Sequence record: OR167180
Source: Escherichia phage MIZ4
DNA length: 64,000 nucleotides
Direction: 5' to 3' (one strand)
Position numbers and translations under genes: made by a program. This document shows, piece by piece, positions 36,043 through 44,930 of the stretch (positions are counted from its first letter, which is position 1; each line of letters begins with the position of its first letter). The notes under the pieces were generated by a model. It saw nothing but the letters and a program-made list of their open reading frames with translations. It searched no databases and had not been told where the DNA came from.

Positions 36043-36699
36043 ATGCAAGTTTCTGAAAAAGGGAAAGACTTTGCTATCTCAAATGTCCTGCGCGCTATTT
36101 TCACAACTAAAAGCACGGAGTTGCTCGTACTTCGTGTTTTTGCTGCCGTCGTGTTGTCCATATTAGCATTTGTCGTTTATAGTAAAAACGAGTTATTTGC
36201 GCTTTATAAAGAGACTCGTTATGAGACTTATGCTCACGTTCTCCAGGTAGAGAAAGACCGCAATTTTGATAATGCAGCACAGGAGCAGTTACAGATAGTT
36301 CATGTGTCGGCTGATGCCGATTTTTCTGCTGTTTTTAGTTTTCGTCCGAAAAACCTAAACTATTTTGTTGATTTGGTGGCATATGAAGGAAAGTTACCGC
36401 ATACAATCGATGAAAAAAATTTAGGCGGATTCCCTATCAATAAAACGAGTGAAGAATATCGTAGGCATCTTTTAGGTAAATCCTATTTTACCGATAAAGA
36501 TTTCCAGTATATTCCATCAAGAGAAAAGAAATTAGAGAGTATCGATATAGGGGTTATGTATTCTTGTCCTATATTCAATCTCGACAATGTCTATTCTGGT
36601 AGTATCTCCATTGCATGGAAGAATAAACCGGATATTGACATTGAGAATTTAGATACTCTTTGCAATCAATCTGCCAGAATCCTCGGAAGGATTAGATAA
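36043..36699 (+). CDS. t: holin
   Basis: ORF track; 218 aa, N-terminal TM, EQLQIVH(V/I)S..ADFSAV(F/Y)SFRPKNLNYFVD nearly identical to T4 T. Confidence 0.93.
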   Translation: MQVSEKGKDFAISNVLRAIFTTKSTELLVLRVFAAVVLSILAFVVYSKNELFALYKETRYETYAHVLQVEKDRNFDNAAQEQLQIVHVSADADFSAVFSFRPKNLNYFVDLVAYEGKLPHTIDEKNLGGFPINKTSEEYRRHLLGKSYFTDKDFQYIPSREKKLESIDIGVMYSCPIFNLDNVYSGSISIAWKNKPDIDIENLDTLCNQSARILGRIR

Positions 36700-36704
36700 C
36701 TTAA

Positions 36705-36740
36705 AGGGGAAGCCTTTCGGCCTCCCCTTCTTTTTTATTG
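36705..36740. terminator. bidirectional terminator between convergent genes: aggggaagcc-tttc-ggcctcccct with flanking T-runs
   Basis: read directly. Confidence 0.6.
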
Positions 36741-36983
36741 GCGCATAGAAGCCCCTGAATCACATTTTGACGCTGTATGATGAAAACATGTAGCGTACCA
36801 GTCATCGGCTTGTTTGTCTTCGTCAGAGAACGCATAATTTCGTTGTATACCGTTTTCTACTTTGACCAGTGCAATAGCTGTTTCTGGAAGATCAATCAAT
36901 CGGACAAAATCACCATCTTCCCACTCTACACGAGCAATATCATAACCCATCTCAAAATATACAATCGCTTGTTCTAATTTCAT
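36735..36983 (-). CDS. hypothetical small protein
   Basis: ORF track. Confidence 0.45.
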   Translation of the reverse strand: MKLEQAIVYFEMGYDIARVEWEDGDFVRLIDLPETAIALVKVENGIQRNYAFSDEDKQADDWYATCFHHTASKCDSGASMRQ

Positions 36984-37312
36984 TCTGGAAACTTCCCGTA
37001 AATGTTCTCTGCCAACATACGCGCATCGCTAATGATATCTTTCATGCTATGACCGTAGTGTTCAGTCATTGAGTTGACACAATCAACAAAGAAATTATAA
37101 CGGCGACGGTTTAAGATTTCTTCTCTGTTATAGTTTTCATACTTGACGGTCGAGTGTGCTTTCTCGATTGCCTTAATCGCTATATTGACTTCATTAATAA
37201 TGGTTTTAGCATTATATGCGCCACGACGGATCAGGATATTTGTCAATTCTCTTGCAATATCTTGCAATTCTTCATATTCATGTTCAAACATAATCAACCT
37301 CTCAAAATACAA
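36980..37312 (-). CDS. hypothetical protein
   Basis: ORF track. Confidence 0.45.
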   Translation of the reverse strand: MYFERLIMFEHEYEELQDIARELTNILIRRGAYNAKTIINEVNIAIKAIEKAHSTVKYENYNREEILNRRRYNFFVDCVNSMTEHYGHSMKDIISDARMLAENIYGKFPE

Positions 37313-37315
37313 TCC

Positions 37316-37660
37316 TTACAGATGAAAACCCGTTACGATCACCGCATCGATCATACCGCTAGGGATAAACGGTTCACCCTCTTTTATCTCAACTTTGAAT
37401 TGATGCCATTTCGCTAATACTTCTTCCGGTACACCCAGCGATTCGGCGTCTGCTTTAGTTTCATCCATAATCCAGCTAGGCTGCATGAGAGCATAGTTTA
37501 CATAGTCCATTTCTGGGGTCATGTCATCAATGTTAATATATTTGCAGTTGACGCGTTTCAGAATTTCAAATTCTTTATCATCAACCTGTACCATGTACAA
37601 TTCGGTAGTTTCTGGAATCAGTTCCCATACAATCAGTACATTTTTCATAATTAGCCTCAC
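37316..37660 (-). CDS. hypothetical protein
   Basis: ORF track. Confidence 0.45.
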   Translation of the reverse strand: MRLIMKNVLIVWELIPETTELYMVQVDDKEFEILKRVNCKYINIDDMTPEMDYVNYALMQPSWIMDETKADAESLGVPEEVLAKWHQFKVEIKEGEPFIPSGMIDAVIVTGFHL

Positions 37661-38025
37661 TTAACAAAGATTTTCTTTAATGCTTTCAGGATAGTTGCTT
37701 CCGGTGATTCTTCCGGTGGAGGAAGCAATTCTACCACTTCCTCTTCCAACTCGATATAGTCTACCAGATATTCTACATAGAATGCAAGTGCTTCCATGAA
37801 ATTAGATGCTACATCCGATTCACCACAAGCGCCTACATGCATTGTATAAACATCACTGCGATCAAGTTTGTGGATGCTTCCCAGATAGTTTCGGTTATAC
37901 CAGACTTCCCACACTTTCAGCTTTCCGGTTTTGGTTGCTGTTTTATAATCGGTTTCGTAATGATGCAATTGACGTTGCAAATCATTGATAATAACACATT
38001 TTTCGTAATTGTTTTGAATTTCCAT
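37657..38025 (-). CDS. hypothetical protein
   Basis: ORF track. Confidence 0.45.
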   Translation of the reverse strand: MEIQNNYEKCVIINDLQRQLHHYETDYKTATKTGKLKVWEVWYNRNYLGSIHKLDRSDVYTMHVGACGESDVASNFMEALAFYVEYLVDYIELEEEVVELLPPPEESPEATILKALKKIFVK

Positions 38026-38035
38026 GATGTAATCC

Positions 38036-38227
38036 TCACTTATCGTTAAGAAGTTCTAAAACTTTCTGTCGTACTTTGTCAATATTAGTTGATTCAAAAA
38101 CTGTACGGTATCCCCAGCTTTGACCGTATGATCGCGAGCAATCCCCATATCCCCATTGTTCAACCTGATAGTATTCAAGGAATGGGTGCTGCCGAACTAT
38201 GATACCATCGCGATTAAAAATTACCAT
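38036..38227 (-). CDS. hypothetical small protein
   Basis: ORF track. Confidence 0.4.
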   Translation of the reverse strand: MVIFNRDGIIVRQHPFLEYYQVEQWGYGDCSRSYGQSWGYRTVFESTNIDKVRQKVLELLNDK

Positions 38228-38250
38228 AATATAATCCTCACGTCAACAAC

Positions 38251-38538
38251 TTATTTTCGGTTGTGGTCACGATATGTTTTAAAATATCCCTCGTACCACG
38301 GTAAAACATCTGGATTTTTACCACTATACAGACCTTTAACCATCATGTCAATAAGGCCATCTGGTGTTTGATAGTTTCCAGCTTTTATAAGCTCTCTGAT
38401 TAAAATCTCTCTGTATATGTCTTTCGGATCTTCGTAATCAACTTGTATTGTGGTTGTGGTCTCATTCAATTTGGTTTCTGGAGTATCTCGCATTGCATCC
38501 CACCAATCTTTTGTGATCTTCATGTTATTGAATTGCAT
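38251..38538 (-). CDS. hypothetical protein
   Basis: ORF track. Confidence 0.45.
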   Translation of the reverse strand: MQFNNMKITKDWWDAMRDTPETKLNETTTTIQVDYEDPKDIYREILIRELIKAGNYQTPDGLIDMMVKGLYSGKNPDVLPWYEGYFKTYRDHNRK

Positions 38539-38549
38539 AATTTAACCTC

Positions 38550-39308
38550 TTACTTGCACACGTATTGATCTACATCAATTGCGCCACCGAATGTAGGATG
38601 ACGTTTTTCAAATCGAATCGTTCCGTCGTTTGGTTCGAAAACGGAGTATTCATATAGATCTTTCTTGCCAACATTCTTATAAAACCCGCCTTTAGTCATA
38701 ACGGTTTCTTGTACGTTTGCTTTGTGTACGTTGTATTCGTCAATGTATACAAAATCAACCATCTTCCCATTTTTAATGGTTACTTTAAGATCTCCTGGTT
38801 GGTTTCCATATTTTGCATACAGTGGAGCTTCTTTAATTTTGGTGGAAATTCCATCTTTCATACTCCACTCATAACGAACGGTGCATTGATAGGTAAAAGT
38901 TTCGACCTTCGGTTCTTCCACCACTTTTTCTTCCTGTTTCGGTTGTTCTTCTTCAACCTTCGCAGAAGTCTCTGAATCGCTTTCTGACGCGGTTTCTTCT
39001 TTAGGTAATACATTCATCAAGTTTTGGATTTGAGCGTTGTATACAGCCTCCAGTGGCTGAATCTGCCCGATATTGATCATTGTATCACGAACAGTTTTAT
39101 TCCAGTTGCGTTGCTCTTGTTTAAGAGACGGATCAATCTTAACAGCCTTAACATATACTTCATGAAGTTTCGAATCCAGTGCGGAGATTGACTCATTAGC
39201 ACAAATAAACTTCTCTGATTTGGTAGTGGCTTTAGCGCAATCAAAGGACGCAGCATTAGCACCGAAAGCAGTAGCGGAAAGAACGATAGCAGCGATAATG
39301 TTTTTCAT
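38550..39308 (-). CDS. secreted protein with LprI-like (DUF1311) N-terminal domain, acidic linker and C-terminal domain
   Basis: ORF track; signal peptide MKNIIAAIVLSATAFGANA; SFDCAKATTKSEKFICANESISALDSKLHEVY; E/K/S-rich linker. Confidence 0.55.
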   Translation of the reverse strand: MKNIIAAIVLSATAFGANAASFDCAKATTKSEKFICANESISALDSKLHEVYVKAVKIDPSLKQEQRNWNKTVRDTMINIGQIQPLEAVYNAQIQNLMNVLPKEETASESDSETSAKVEEEQPKQEEKVVEEPKVETFTYQCTVRYEWSMKDGISTKIKEAPLYAKYGNQPGDLKVTIKNGKMVDFVYIDEYNVHKANVQETVMTKGGFYKNVGKKDLYEYSVFEPNDGTIRFEKRHPTFGGAIDVDQYVCK

Positions 39309-39337
39309 AATATATTCCTCAATGTTTTGTCTTGATG

Positions 39338-39371
39338 GGAGTATCTTACTACTCCCTTAATCCGGTGTCAA
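39338..39371 (-). promoter_or_regulatory. early promoter with palindrome GGGAGTA-N6-TACTCCC
   Basis: minus TTGACA (39366-39371), N17, TAAGAT (39343-39348). Confidence 0.5.
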
Positions 39372-39378
39372 CTACTTT

Positions 39379-39591
39379 TTAATTTTTACCCGCTCGTGCA
39401 TTAATACGCATTTTCTGCATAGCCATGATCTGGTTTACTGCTTCTTCTTTACGTTCTTGCGTGATAACGTGACTAGATTCAGCAAACTCTCCCGCAACTT
39501 CTTCGACGATCTCGCGAACTTGAGAACGTCCAAAGATGCGGTTTCCTTCGTAGCTCATAAATTCAGTCACTACTTGCTCAATAGATTTCAT
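39379..39591 (-). CDS. hypothetical small protein
   Basis: ORF track. Confidence 0.45.
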   Translation of the reverse strand: MKSIEQVVTEFMSYEGNRIFGRSQVREIVEEVAGEFAESSHVITQERKEEAVNQIMAMQKMRINARAGKN

Positions 39592-39617
39592 GTGATTCTC
39601 CTTCTTTCGTTTCGGTG

Positions 39618-39653
39618 TGGGAGTATGTTAATACTCCCATTTCTTTACGTCAA
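39618..39653 (-). promoter_or_regulatory. early promoter with palindrome GGGAGTAT-N4-ATACTCCC
   Basis: minus TTGACG (39648-39653); palindrome 39618-39637. Confidence 0.45.
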
Positions 39654-39660
39654 CCAGTTT

Positions 39661-39903
39661 TTAGAAATTTTTCGCTTCTTCTTCGGTCATCATCACCGCG
39701 CATTCGTGCATAACTTTGAAAACCGGGTCAATCATATCGAATGCTTCGCGGGACAGTTTACGAGAAGCGATTTTGATTGCTTCAACGTCTTCTACTACAG
39801 GAACAAAAACAGTTTTCAGTTCGTCGAGCATGGCAGCTTCTTTTTCATTCAGGAAGATTCCAGCGTCGTACAATGCAACTTCGATAACATTAACTTTAAC
39901 CAT
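39661..39903 (-). CDS. hypothetical small protein (80 aa)
   Basis: ORF track 39661..39966 trimmed to Met with GGAGG RBS. Confidence 0.45.
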   Translation of the reverse strand: MVKVNVIEVALYDAGIFLNEKEAAMLDELKTVFVPVVEDVEAIKIASRKLSREAFDMIDPVFKVMHECAVMMTEEEAKNF

Positions 39904-39927
39904 TTTTATTTCCTCCAGTTCGTTTCG

Positions 39928-39966
39928 GTATGGGAGTATAATACTACCGATGACCTTTGGCGTCAA
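39928..39966 (-). promoter_or_regulatory. early promoter (TTGACG) with partial palindrome
   Basis: read directly. Confidence 0.4.
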
Positions 39967-40167
39967 CTAGTTTTTGTTATTTTCGTGAAAATTTTTAGTC
40001 GCCTCATGTGCTTTTCGCTGGGCTTCTTGTTGTGCTTGCTGGCGTGCTGCCTCTTGTGAAGCCATAACGGAAGCATTTGCAGCAGTTACAGCCGCTACCA
40101 TCGCTGCGGTATTAGCATTTACAGTACATGCACTAGCCAGCAAAGCAATTGCAATCATTTTCTTCAT
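39967..40167 (-). CDS. small secreted Ala/Gln-rich protein
   Basis: ORF track; signal peptide MKKMIAIALLASACTVNA. Confidence 0.5.
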   Translation of the reverse strand: MKKMIAIALLASACTVNANTAAMVAAVTAANASVMASQEAARQQAQQEAQRKAHEATKNFHENNKN

Positions 40168-40334
40168 AGTTTCCCCTTTAGGTTATTTTCGACCTTCATC
40201 CATTCCGCGTATTCTTGTGCGGCTACTTTCGGATCTAGTCCGTCTTCGTACATTGCATCAAGTAATTCTTTGTCGGTGGGCTTATATCCTAGATAAGCCT
40301 CCACCCGATTTTTCCAAATTTTATACCAGTTCAT
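40164..40334 (-). CDS. hypothetical small protein (56 aa)
   Basis: ORF track 40164..40403 trimmed to internal Met to avoid overlap. Confidence 0.35.
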   Translation of the reverse strand: MNWYKIWKNRVEAYLGYKPTDKELLDAMYEDGLDPKVAAQEYAEWMKVENNLKGKL

Positions 40335-40338
40335 ATTA

Positions 40339-40611
40339 TCACCAATCAAGAGCGCGTGTCTCTGCGTCTTCCCATGCTTGATCCATAACAGCCTTGAAAA
40401 CATATTCTAAAGTATCATCTTTAGAGAATCCGAAGACCTTAGACGGGATATCTTCAATTGCTACTCCAGCAACTTCTGCATTACGCGCTTGGCAATAATG
40501 CAACTCTAAGTTATCGAGATAGCGACCGCCTAATTTCTCCATATCATCCCAGCATTTCCAGTAACCTACTTTATTTGCAATTGCTAACACTTTGCTGTTT
40601 TCGTTGCACAT
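40339..40611 (-). CDS. hypothetical protein (90 aa)
   Basis: ORF track 40339..40674 trimmed to ATG 40609-40611; track N-terminus lies in promoter cassette. Confidence 0.45.
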   Translation of the reverse strand: MCNENSKVLAIANKVGYWKCWDDMEKLGGRYLDNLELHYCQARNAEVAGVAIEDIPSKVFGFSKDDTLEYVFKAVMDQAWEDAETRALDW

Positions 40612-40630
40612 CTTTGATTCTCCTTTTGTT

Positions 40631-40670
40631 TGGTATGTGTGTATTATGCGAGGCTGGATTCGTGAAGTCA
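40631..40670 (-). promoter_or_regulatory. early promoter (TTGACT-N17-CATAAT)
   Basis: read directly. Confidence 0.4.
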
Positions 40671-40721
40671 ACAACTTTTTAAAATAAAAAAGCCGACCAC
40701 AAGGATCGGCTTAATAATCAG

Positions 40722-41117
40722 TTACTTACTAAATTTCTTTTTGGCTTCGTCTACCGCATGAGATGCCAGTACCGCAGCCGCATGTGCACTTTTATCTGTG
40801 TTGCAGAGAACGCCCAGATAAACATCACGCCAAAGTTTAATCATCTCGTAGATCATATCAATATCATTTTCTTGTTTGTTGGCGATGCTATTCGTTGTTA
40901 TCTGGTAAGGTAACGGCTTAATCTGTACTGGTTCCGCCATAGGGCTAATCGGTTGCGGATCAGTCATAATAGGTGCTGTTGTGGGTGGTGTTTTCCATAC
41001 GCCATTATTCCACGGTTTAATCGTTGTATCGTAAAGTTTATAAGGATTTTTGTCTGGGTCAACCATCCAGGCATGATGAGTACCCAAACCATTTGAAGTA
41101 ATGCGTCGTTCAGTCAT
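40722..41117 (-). CDS. hypothetical protein
   Basis: ORF track. Confidence 0.45.
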   Translation of the reverse strand: MTERRITSNGLGTHHAWMVDPDKNPYKLYDTTIKPWNNGVWKTPPTTAPIMTDPQPISPMAEPVQIKPLPYQITTNSIANKQENDIDMIYEMIKLWRDVYLGVLCNTDKSAHAAAVLASHAVDEAKKKFSK

Positions 41118-41319
41118 ACTTTCCCTCCAAAAATTCTTTCATCAAATAGTCTATCGTTGCTCTGTGTTCTGGTGTGTTTGTTATCTCTGCTAACTTGTTC
41201 AGAGATTCAATAGTGATCCGGTTGGCTTCTTCCATAGTCTCAACGACCATTGGTACAATCTTTTTATTGTTGTACACGAAAGCCACATAACCGCCTTCTG
41301 GATATTCTTTCATAATCAA
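41110..41319 (-). CDS. hypothetical small protein
   Basis: ORF track. Confidence 0.45.
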   Translation of the reverse strand: MIMKEYPEGGYVAFVYNNKKIVPMVVETMEEANRITIESLNKLAEITNTPEHRATIDYLMKEFLEGKYD

Positions 41320-42695
41320 CCCTTCTTAAGTTCTTTAAGATCTTTCTTATATTCCTTCATTGCGGTCGTCTTTGTCCAATACTCATATTCACTATGATGT
41401 TTATCGGCATCTTTGACCAGTCGATCATACTCTTCTTGAGTAACGCTATACAATGGCATAGAAACTAGCTTATCGGCGTATGGACGCAGTTTTTCATGTC
41501 CATTGATGGATTGCATTACCTCGGCCTTTTTCTTGCCCTGTAGCTCGATTTCGCCCTTAATTACGCGATCGATAAATTCAGCTTTAGCCATTGCATAATT
41601 GTATGCTTCCAGCGTTTCCGCTTGCATCAATTCAATTCGTTTATCTACATACCCTAATCGGATTTCGACGAATCGACGGATCAGATCGCTCGCTTTCTCG
41701 AATACTTCTACTAAACCACGTTCATTAACCACTACGATATTCTGGGCTACTAACTGTGTTAGTTTAAAATCCTTCATGATTTGCTCATGTCGAGCGGATT
41801 CATCTTCGCTTTTGAAATAATCGCGTTTCAGTGTTACTTCAAATCTGAATCCATCCTTAGAGCAACGGTCATTATACGATACAATCAGATCTTTTTCTTC
41901 CAGTGCATCCAGTACCGCTACATATTCTTCACGGTCGAACTTATAAGGAACTTCTGATATTGTCAGCTTAGTCTTGCCGTTTAGTTCATATGTACCCTCA
42001 AGAATCACACCATCGCGGTCATCACGAGGGATAACTTTACCCGTGAATTTCGGGAATTGAACACTAGGTTCTTTATCCAGTTTTCCGGCGAGTGCTAGCT
42101 CTGTGCATTCAATAAGGCTTTCCAGTGAATGCGGTAAAATGTCAGTTTTATACCCTGTAGCAATACCACTAATACCATTAGCCAATACCATTGGCACAAC
42201 TGGCAAGTAGAACGCTGGCGGGATGTGTTCCAGATCTTCGTGCTTAGGTGCGCAATTCATATCTTTATAGATTTTAAAGAAGTTTTCATGCACACGAGCA
42301 AAAATATAACGTGCTGCACCTGCTTTCTGGACTAAACGCGATCCGAAGTTACCTTGACCGTCAAGCAGTGGAGTATTATTGCTCCATGTATTCGCCATGA
42401 GTGATCCGGCTTCTACGGCATTAGTTTCCCCGTGGTGATACCCCAACTCAGCGACACCAGATCCAATATCTGCCATCTTACGGAATTTCTTACGGTCGCC
42501 TTTACTCTTTTGCAAAGCACATTCCATAACAAAGCGTTGCACTGGTTTAAGCCCATCCACTAATTGAGGAATCCCGCGTTCCTCGGCAGAATAGATCGCA
42601 TATTCCTTAGCTTCATTATGTACAATGCTTTCAAGGCTGCGGTAAGTAAATGTGTTTACAATTTGACTAATTTTATCCATCTTCACCTCATACAC
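41316..42695 (-). CDS. 52: DNA topoisomerase II medium subunit (GyrA-like)
   Basis: ORF track; GLKPVQRFVM N-terminal motif; 459 aa. Confidence 0.9.
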   Translation of the reverse strand: MYEVKMDKISQIVNTFTYRSLESIVHNEAKEYAIYSAEERGIPQLVDGLKPVQRFVMECALQKSKGDRKKFRKMADIGSGVAELGYHHGETNAVEAGSLMANTWSNNTPLLDGQGNFGSRLVQKAGAARYIFARVHENFFKIYKDMNCAPKHEDLEHIPPAFYLPVVPMVLANGISGIATGYKTDILPHSLESLIECTELALAGKLDKEPSVQFPKFTGKVIPRDDRDGVILEGTYELNGKTKLTISEVPYKFDREEYVAVLDALEEKDLIVSYNDRCSKDGFRFEVTLKRDYFKSEDESARHEQIMKDFKLTQLVAQNIVVVNERGLVEVFEKASDLIRRFVEIRLGYVDKRIELMQAETLEAYNYAMAKAEFIDRVIKGEIELQGKKKAEVMQSINGHEKLRPYADKLVSMPLYSVTQEEYDRLVKDADKHHSEYEYWTKTTAMKEYKKDLKELKKG

Positions 42696-43050
42696 GCTTA
42701 CAAATCACATTCTTTACTTTATCAGATTTATCAGCCCAATCCAATAGCCATTTTAACGGAAGGATTGACACAATAAACGGGGCAGCAATCAAAGCAAACA
42801 TGATACACCTGATAATCAGGAAAACGCAAGTGACAAAACTAGCGATAGAGATCCCGACAAAACAAAATACCATAGAAAACAGAGTAATGATATAGAAAGG
42901 CCAGAATACCCACTCCCGCATCTTAACGCCTTTGTATTCTCTGAATTGCTTAAAATCTACAAACAACTCTCGGATAGACGCGTACAGGACCGAAAAATCA
43001 TCTTTCATTGCTCTGAATGAGCAATCTTCTATTTTAGAATGACCTAGCAT
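42688..43050 (-). CDS. integral membrane protein
   Basis: ORF track; three hydrophobic helices. Confidence 0.5.
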   Translation of the reverse strand: MLGHSKIEDCSFRAMKDDFSVLYASIRELFVDFKQFREYKGVKMREWVFWPFYIITLFSMVFCFVGISIASFVTCVFLIIRCIMFALIAAPFIVSILPLKWLLDWADKSDKVKNVICKRV

Positions 43051-43052
43051 TA

Positions 43053-43346
43053 TTAACCGCCTTTAACCATTGATACCGGAATTGTTTTCTGATTTGTGTA
43101 TAATTGGCCTACTTCAATTTTTTCTTGAATCACCACGACGTTACAATATCCACTGTCTTTAAGTTTTCTGATAATAACTCGCTTTTGTTCGTCGGTGATA
43201 GGATTGACTGTTCTCACCAATTCACCGCAAATAATAGCACCATCTTTACAATTACCAGTAACTTTCATGCTACGACCGTGAACAACAACCGCATCACCGT
43301 AAATCACATTTTCGTCGTCGTATTTGGTAATAACCGTGACCGTCAT
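43053..43346 (-). CDS. hypothetical protein
   Basis: ORF track. Confidence 0.45.
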   Translation of the reverse strand: MTVTVITKYDDENVIYGDAVVVHGRSMKVTGNCKDGAIICGELVRTVNPITDEQKRVIIRKLKDSGYCNVVVIQEKIEVGQLYTNQKTIPVSMVKGG

Positions 43347-43391
43347 AATGTATTCCCTCTAAGAAAGGCCGCGCAAAGCGGCCTATGTTGA

Positions 43392-43718
43392 TTATTGTTC
43401 TACAGTATAGCCGTTGTTTTCAAGCCATGCAATAACAATCTTTTCGCCAATTTCATCGAGCATTTCATCAGCGCCATATTCTTTAATGAAAGTCGATGGA
43501 TCATTATTGCTTACTACGTGCTGGATCACAACATGTTCAGGAATTGCGTCTAGCAGTTCGCTATGATCATACTCATTAACGATATCTTCAACACTAACAT
43601 TATTAACCAAATCAACATCATCCATAGTCACAGTAACGCGACCGGACGGACGCAATGAATATTGGCTACTTTCAACTTCAACATGTGCACTTTCGCAAGT
43701 AACTTTCATATCAACCAT
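43392..43718 (-). CDS. hypothetical acidic protein
   Basis: ORF track. Confidence 0.45.
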   Translation of the reverse strand: MVDMKVTCESAHVEVESSQYSLRPSGRVTVTMDDVDLVNNVSVEDIVNEYDHSELLDAIPEHVVIQHVVSNNDPSTFIKEYGADEMLDEIGEKIVIAWLENNGYTVEQ

Positions 43719-43732
43719 AATTAATTCCTCTG

Positions 43733-44734
43733 TTAGTAATGGCTAAAACCTTCGGTTACATCTTCAACCACATAGTAACGATGACAGCGCATTTTGGCAT
43801 TCGCATAATCTTTCGGGATACTTACAACGTGACGCGGATCAACTTTACATTTAATGATTCGGCCTCGTCCACCGCCATAGTGCGGAATATAGTGTTTCGC
43901 TGCAACGTGGAGTCCATTAGAGCAAGTGCGATCATCATCTGGGTCCACGTCTTTACGCTTCATTTTAACCGTGCGCCCTGGGCTATTATCAAACGTATGC
44001 GTAAAGAAATCTTTATAATCAACATCAACACGTTTCCATGCATAGAAACAACCATCTTCCCCGATCTCAATGTCGTTGTGCTCTAAGAAGTCAAATAGAC
44101 GATCTACCGCCTTACGGCTAGGGTTTTTCTTGCACTTCTCAAAGAAGTTCAGATAGTGCGTATATGGCTTATTCTCTTTAATCGACTCCACAACTCGACG
44201 AGTCAGATTATTATCAAGAACAATATTATGATAATACACAATACCATTTTCGATACGGAAAGCGCCGTGATAATATACTTCAACCGCTTTCTTAATGTCA
44301 ATCAGCGTAATAGCTTTGATGAAATCATTATGTTTAATCACTTCCAGTGCTTCATTAAAGTTAACATGCGACGGATCAGCAGTATAAACAATGTCACCAC
44401 ATGTAATAGTAATAAACTTAGTTGAGGCTATTGCTACGATTTTTGAGGAAGTAGTCACGGGCTTTTTTGCGCGTTCACCTCCTTTTCCTTTACTGGTTTT
44501 ACGGCGTGCTTTACGTTTTTCTAGTGCCTTGCGACCTTCCGCTACTGCGTCTTTCTGAATCAGTAATACACGGGAAGCAGTACGACGAGATACCCCAAAT
44601 GCTGCCGCAAGTGCTTCGCGGGTAGTAAACTTACCTTCGCCCCACTGTTTAGCCAGTTTGATTTGTTTTTCAGAATCCAGGCATTGAACGTTACGGTCAG
44701 AGACGGTGATTTTTGCTTTAGTCATAGTATTCAT
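43733..44734 (-). CDS. rIIB: rIIB protein
   Basis: ORF track; collinear with T4 rIIB (VSRLFDFLEHNDIEI.EDG.FYAWK, FDNSPG..VKM.R, CSNGLHV, YEVVEDVTE). Confidence 0.92.
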   Translation of the reverse strand: MNTMTKAKITVSDRNVQCLDSEKQIKLAKQWGEGKFTTREALAAAFGVSRRTASRVLLIQKDAVAEGRKALEKRKARRKTSKGKGGERAKKPVTTSSKIVAIASTKFITITCGDIVYTADPSHVNFNEALEVIKHNDFIKAITLIDIKKAVEVYYHGAFRIENGIVYYHNIVLDNNLTRRVVESIKENKPYTHYLNFFEKCKKNPSRKAVDRLFDFLEHNDIEIGEDGCFYAWKRVDVDYKDFFTHTFDNSPGRTVKMKRKDVDPDDDRTCSNGLHVAAKHYIPHYGGGRGRIIKCKVDPRHVVSIPKDYANAKMRCHRYYVVEDVTEGFSHY

Positions 44735-44787
44735 TCCTCTATTAGTTGGGCGACTATCGCCGCCCGATTCACATCATTATACCAGAA

Positions 44788-44919
44788 TTATTTTGCTTCT
44801 ACAACCTTGCGGATTGTGCGGTCTGATACATTATAGATTCGTGCCAGTTCGCCTTTAGTCAAGCCGCGAGCGTATTGTTTACGGATGGTTTCTTTCTGGA
44901 TAGCGGTCAGTTTAGTCAT
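44788..44919 (-). CDS. stand-alone HTH mini-protein (43 aa) resembling the rIIB N-terminus
   Basis: hand-translated MTKLTAIQKETIRKQYARGLTKGELARIYNVSDRTIRKVVEAK; GAGGTGA RBS; below ORF-track cutoff. Confidence 0.5.
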   Translation of the reverse strand: MTKLTAIQKETIRKQYARGLTKGELARIYNVSDRTIRKVVEAK

Positions 44920-44930
44920 AATATCACCTC

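Noticed and set aside
36735-41319. motA or asiA among the small ORFs between t and 52
   Set aside because: No ORF has the size or architecture of MotA (the only ORF over 200 aa here has a signal peptide) and none resembles AsiA by eye; left as hypothetical.
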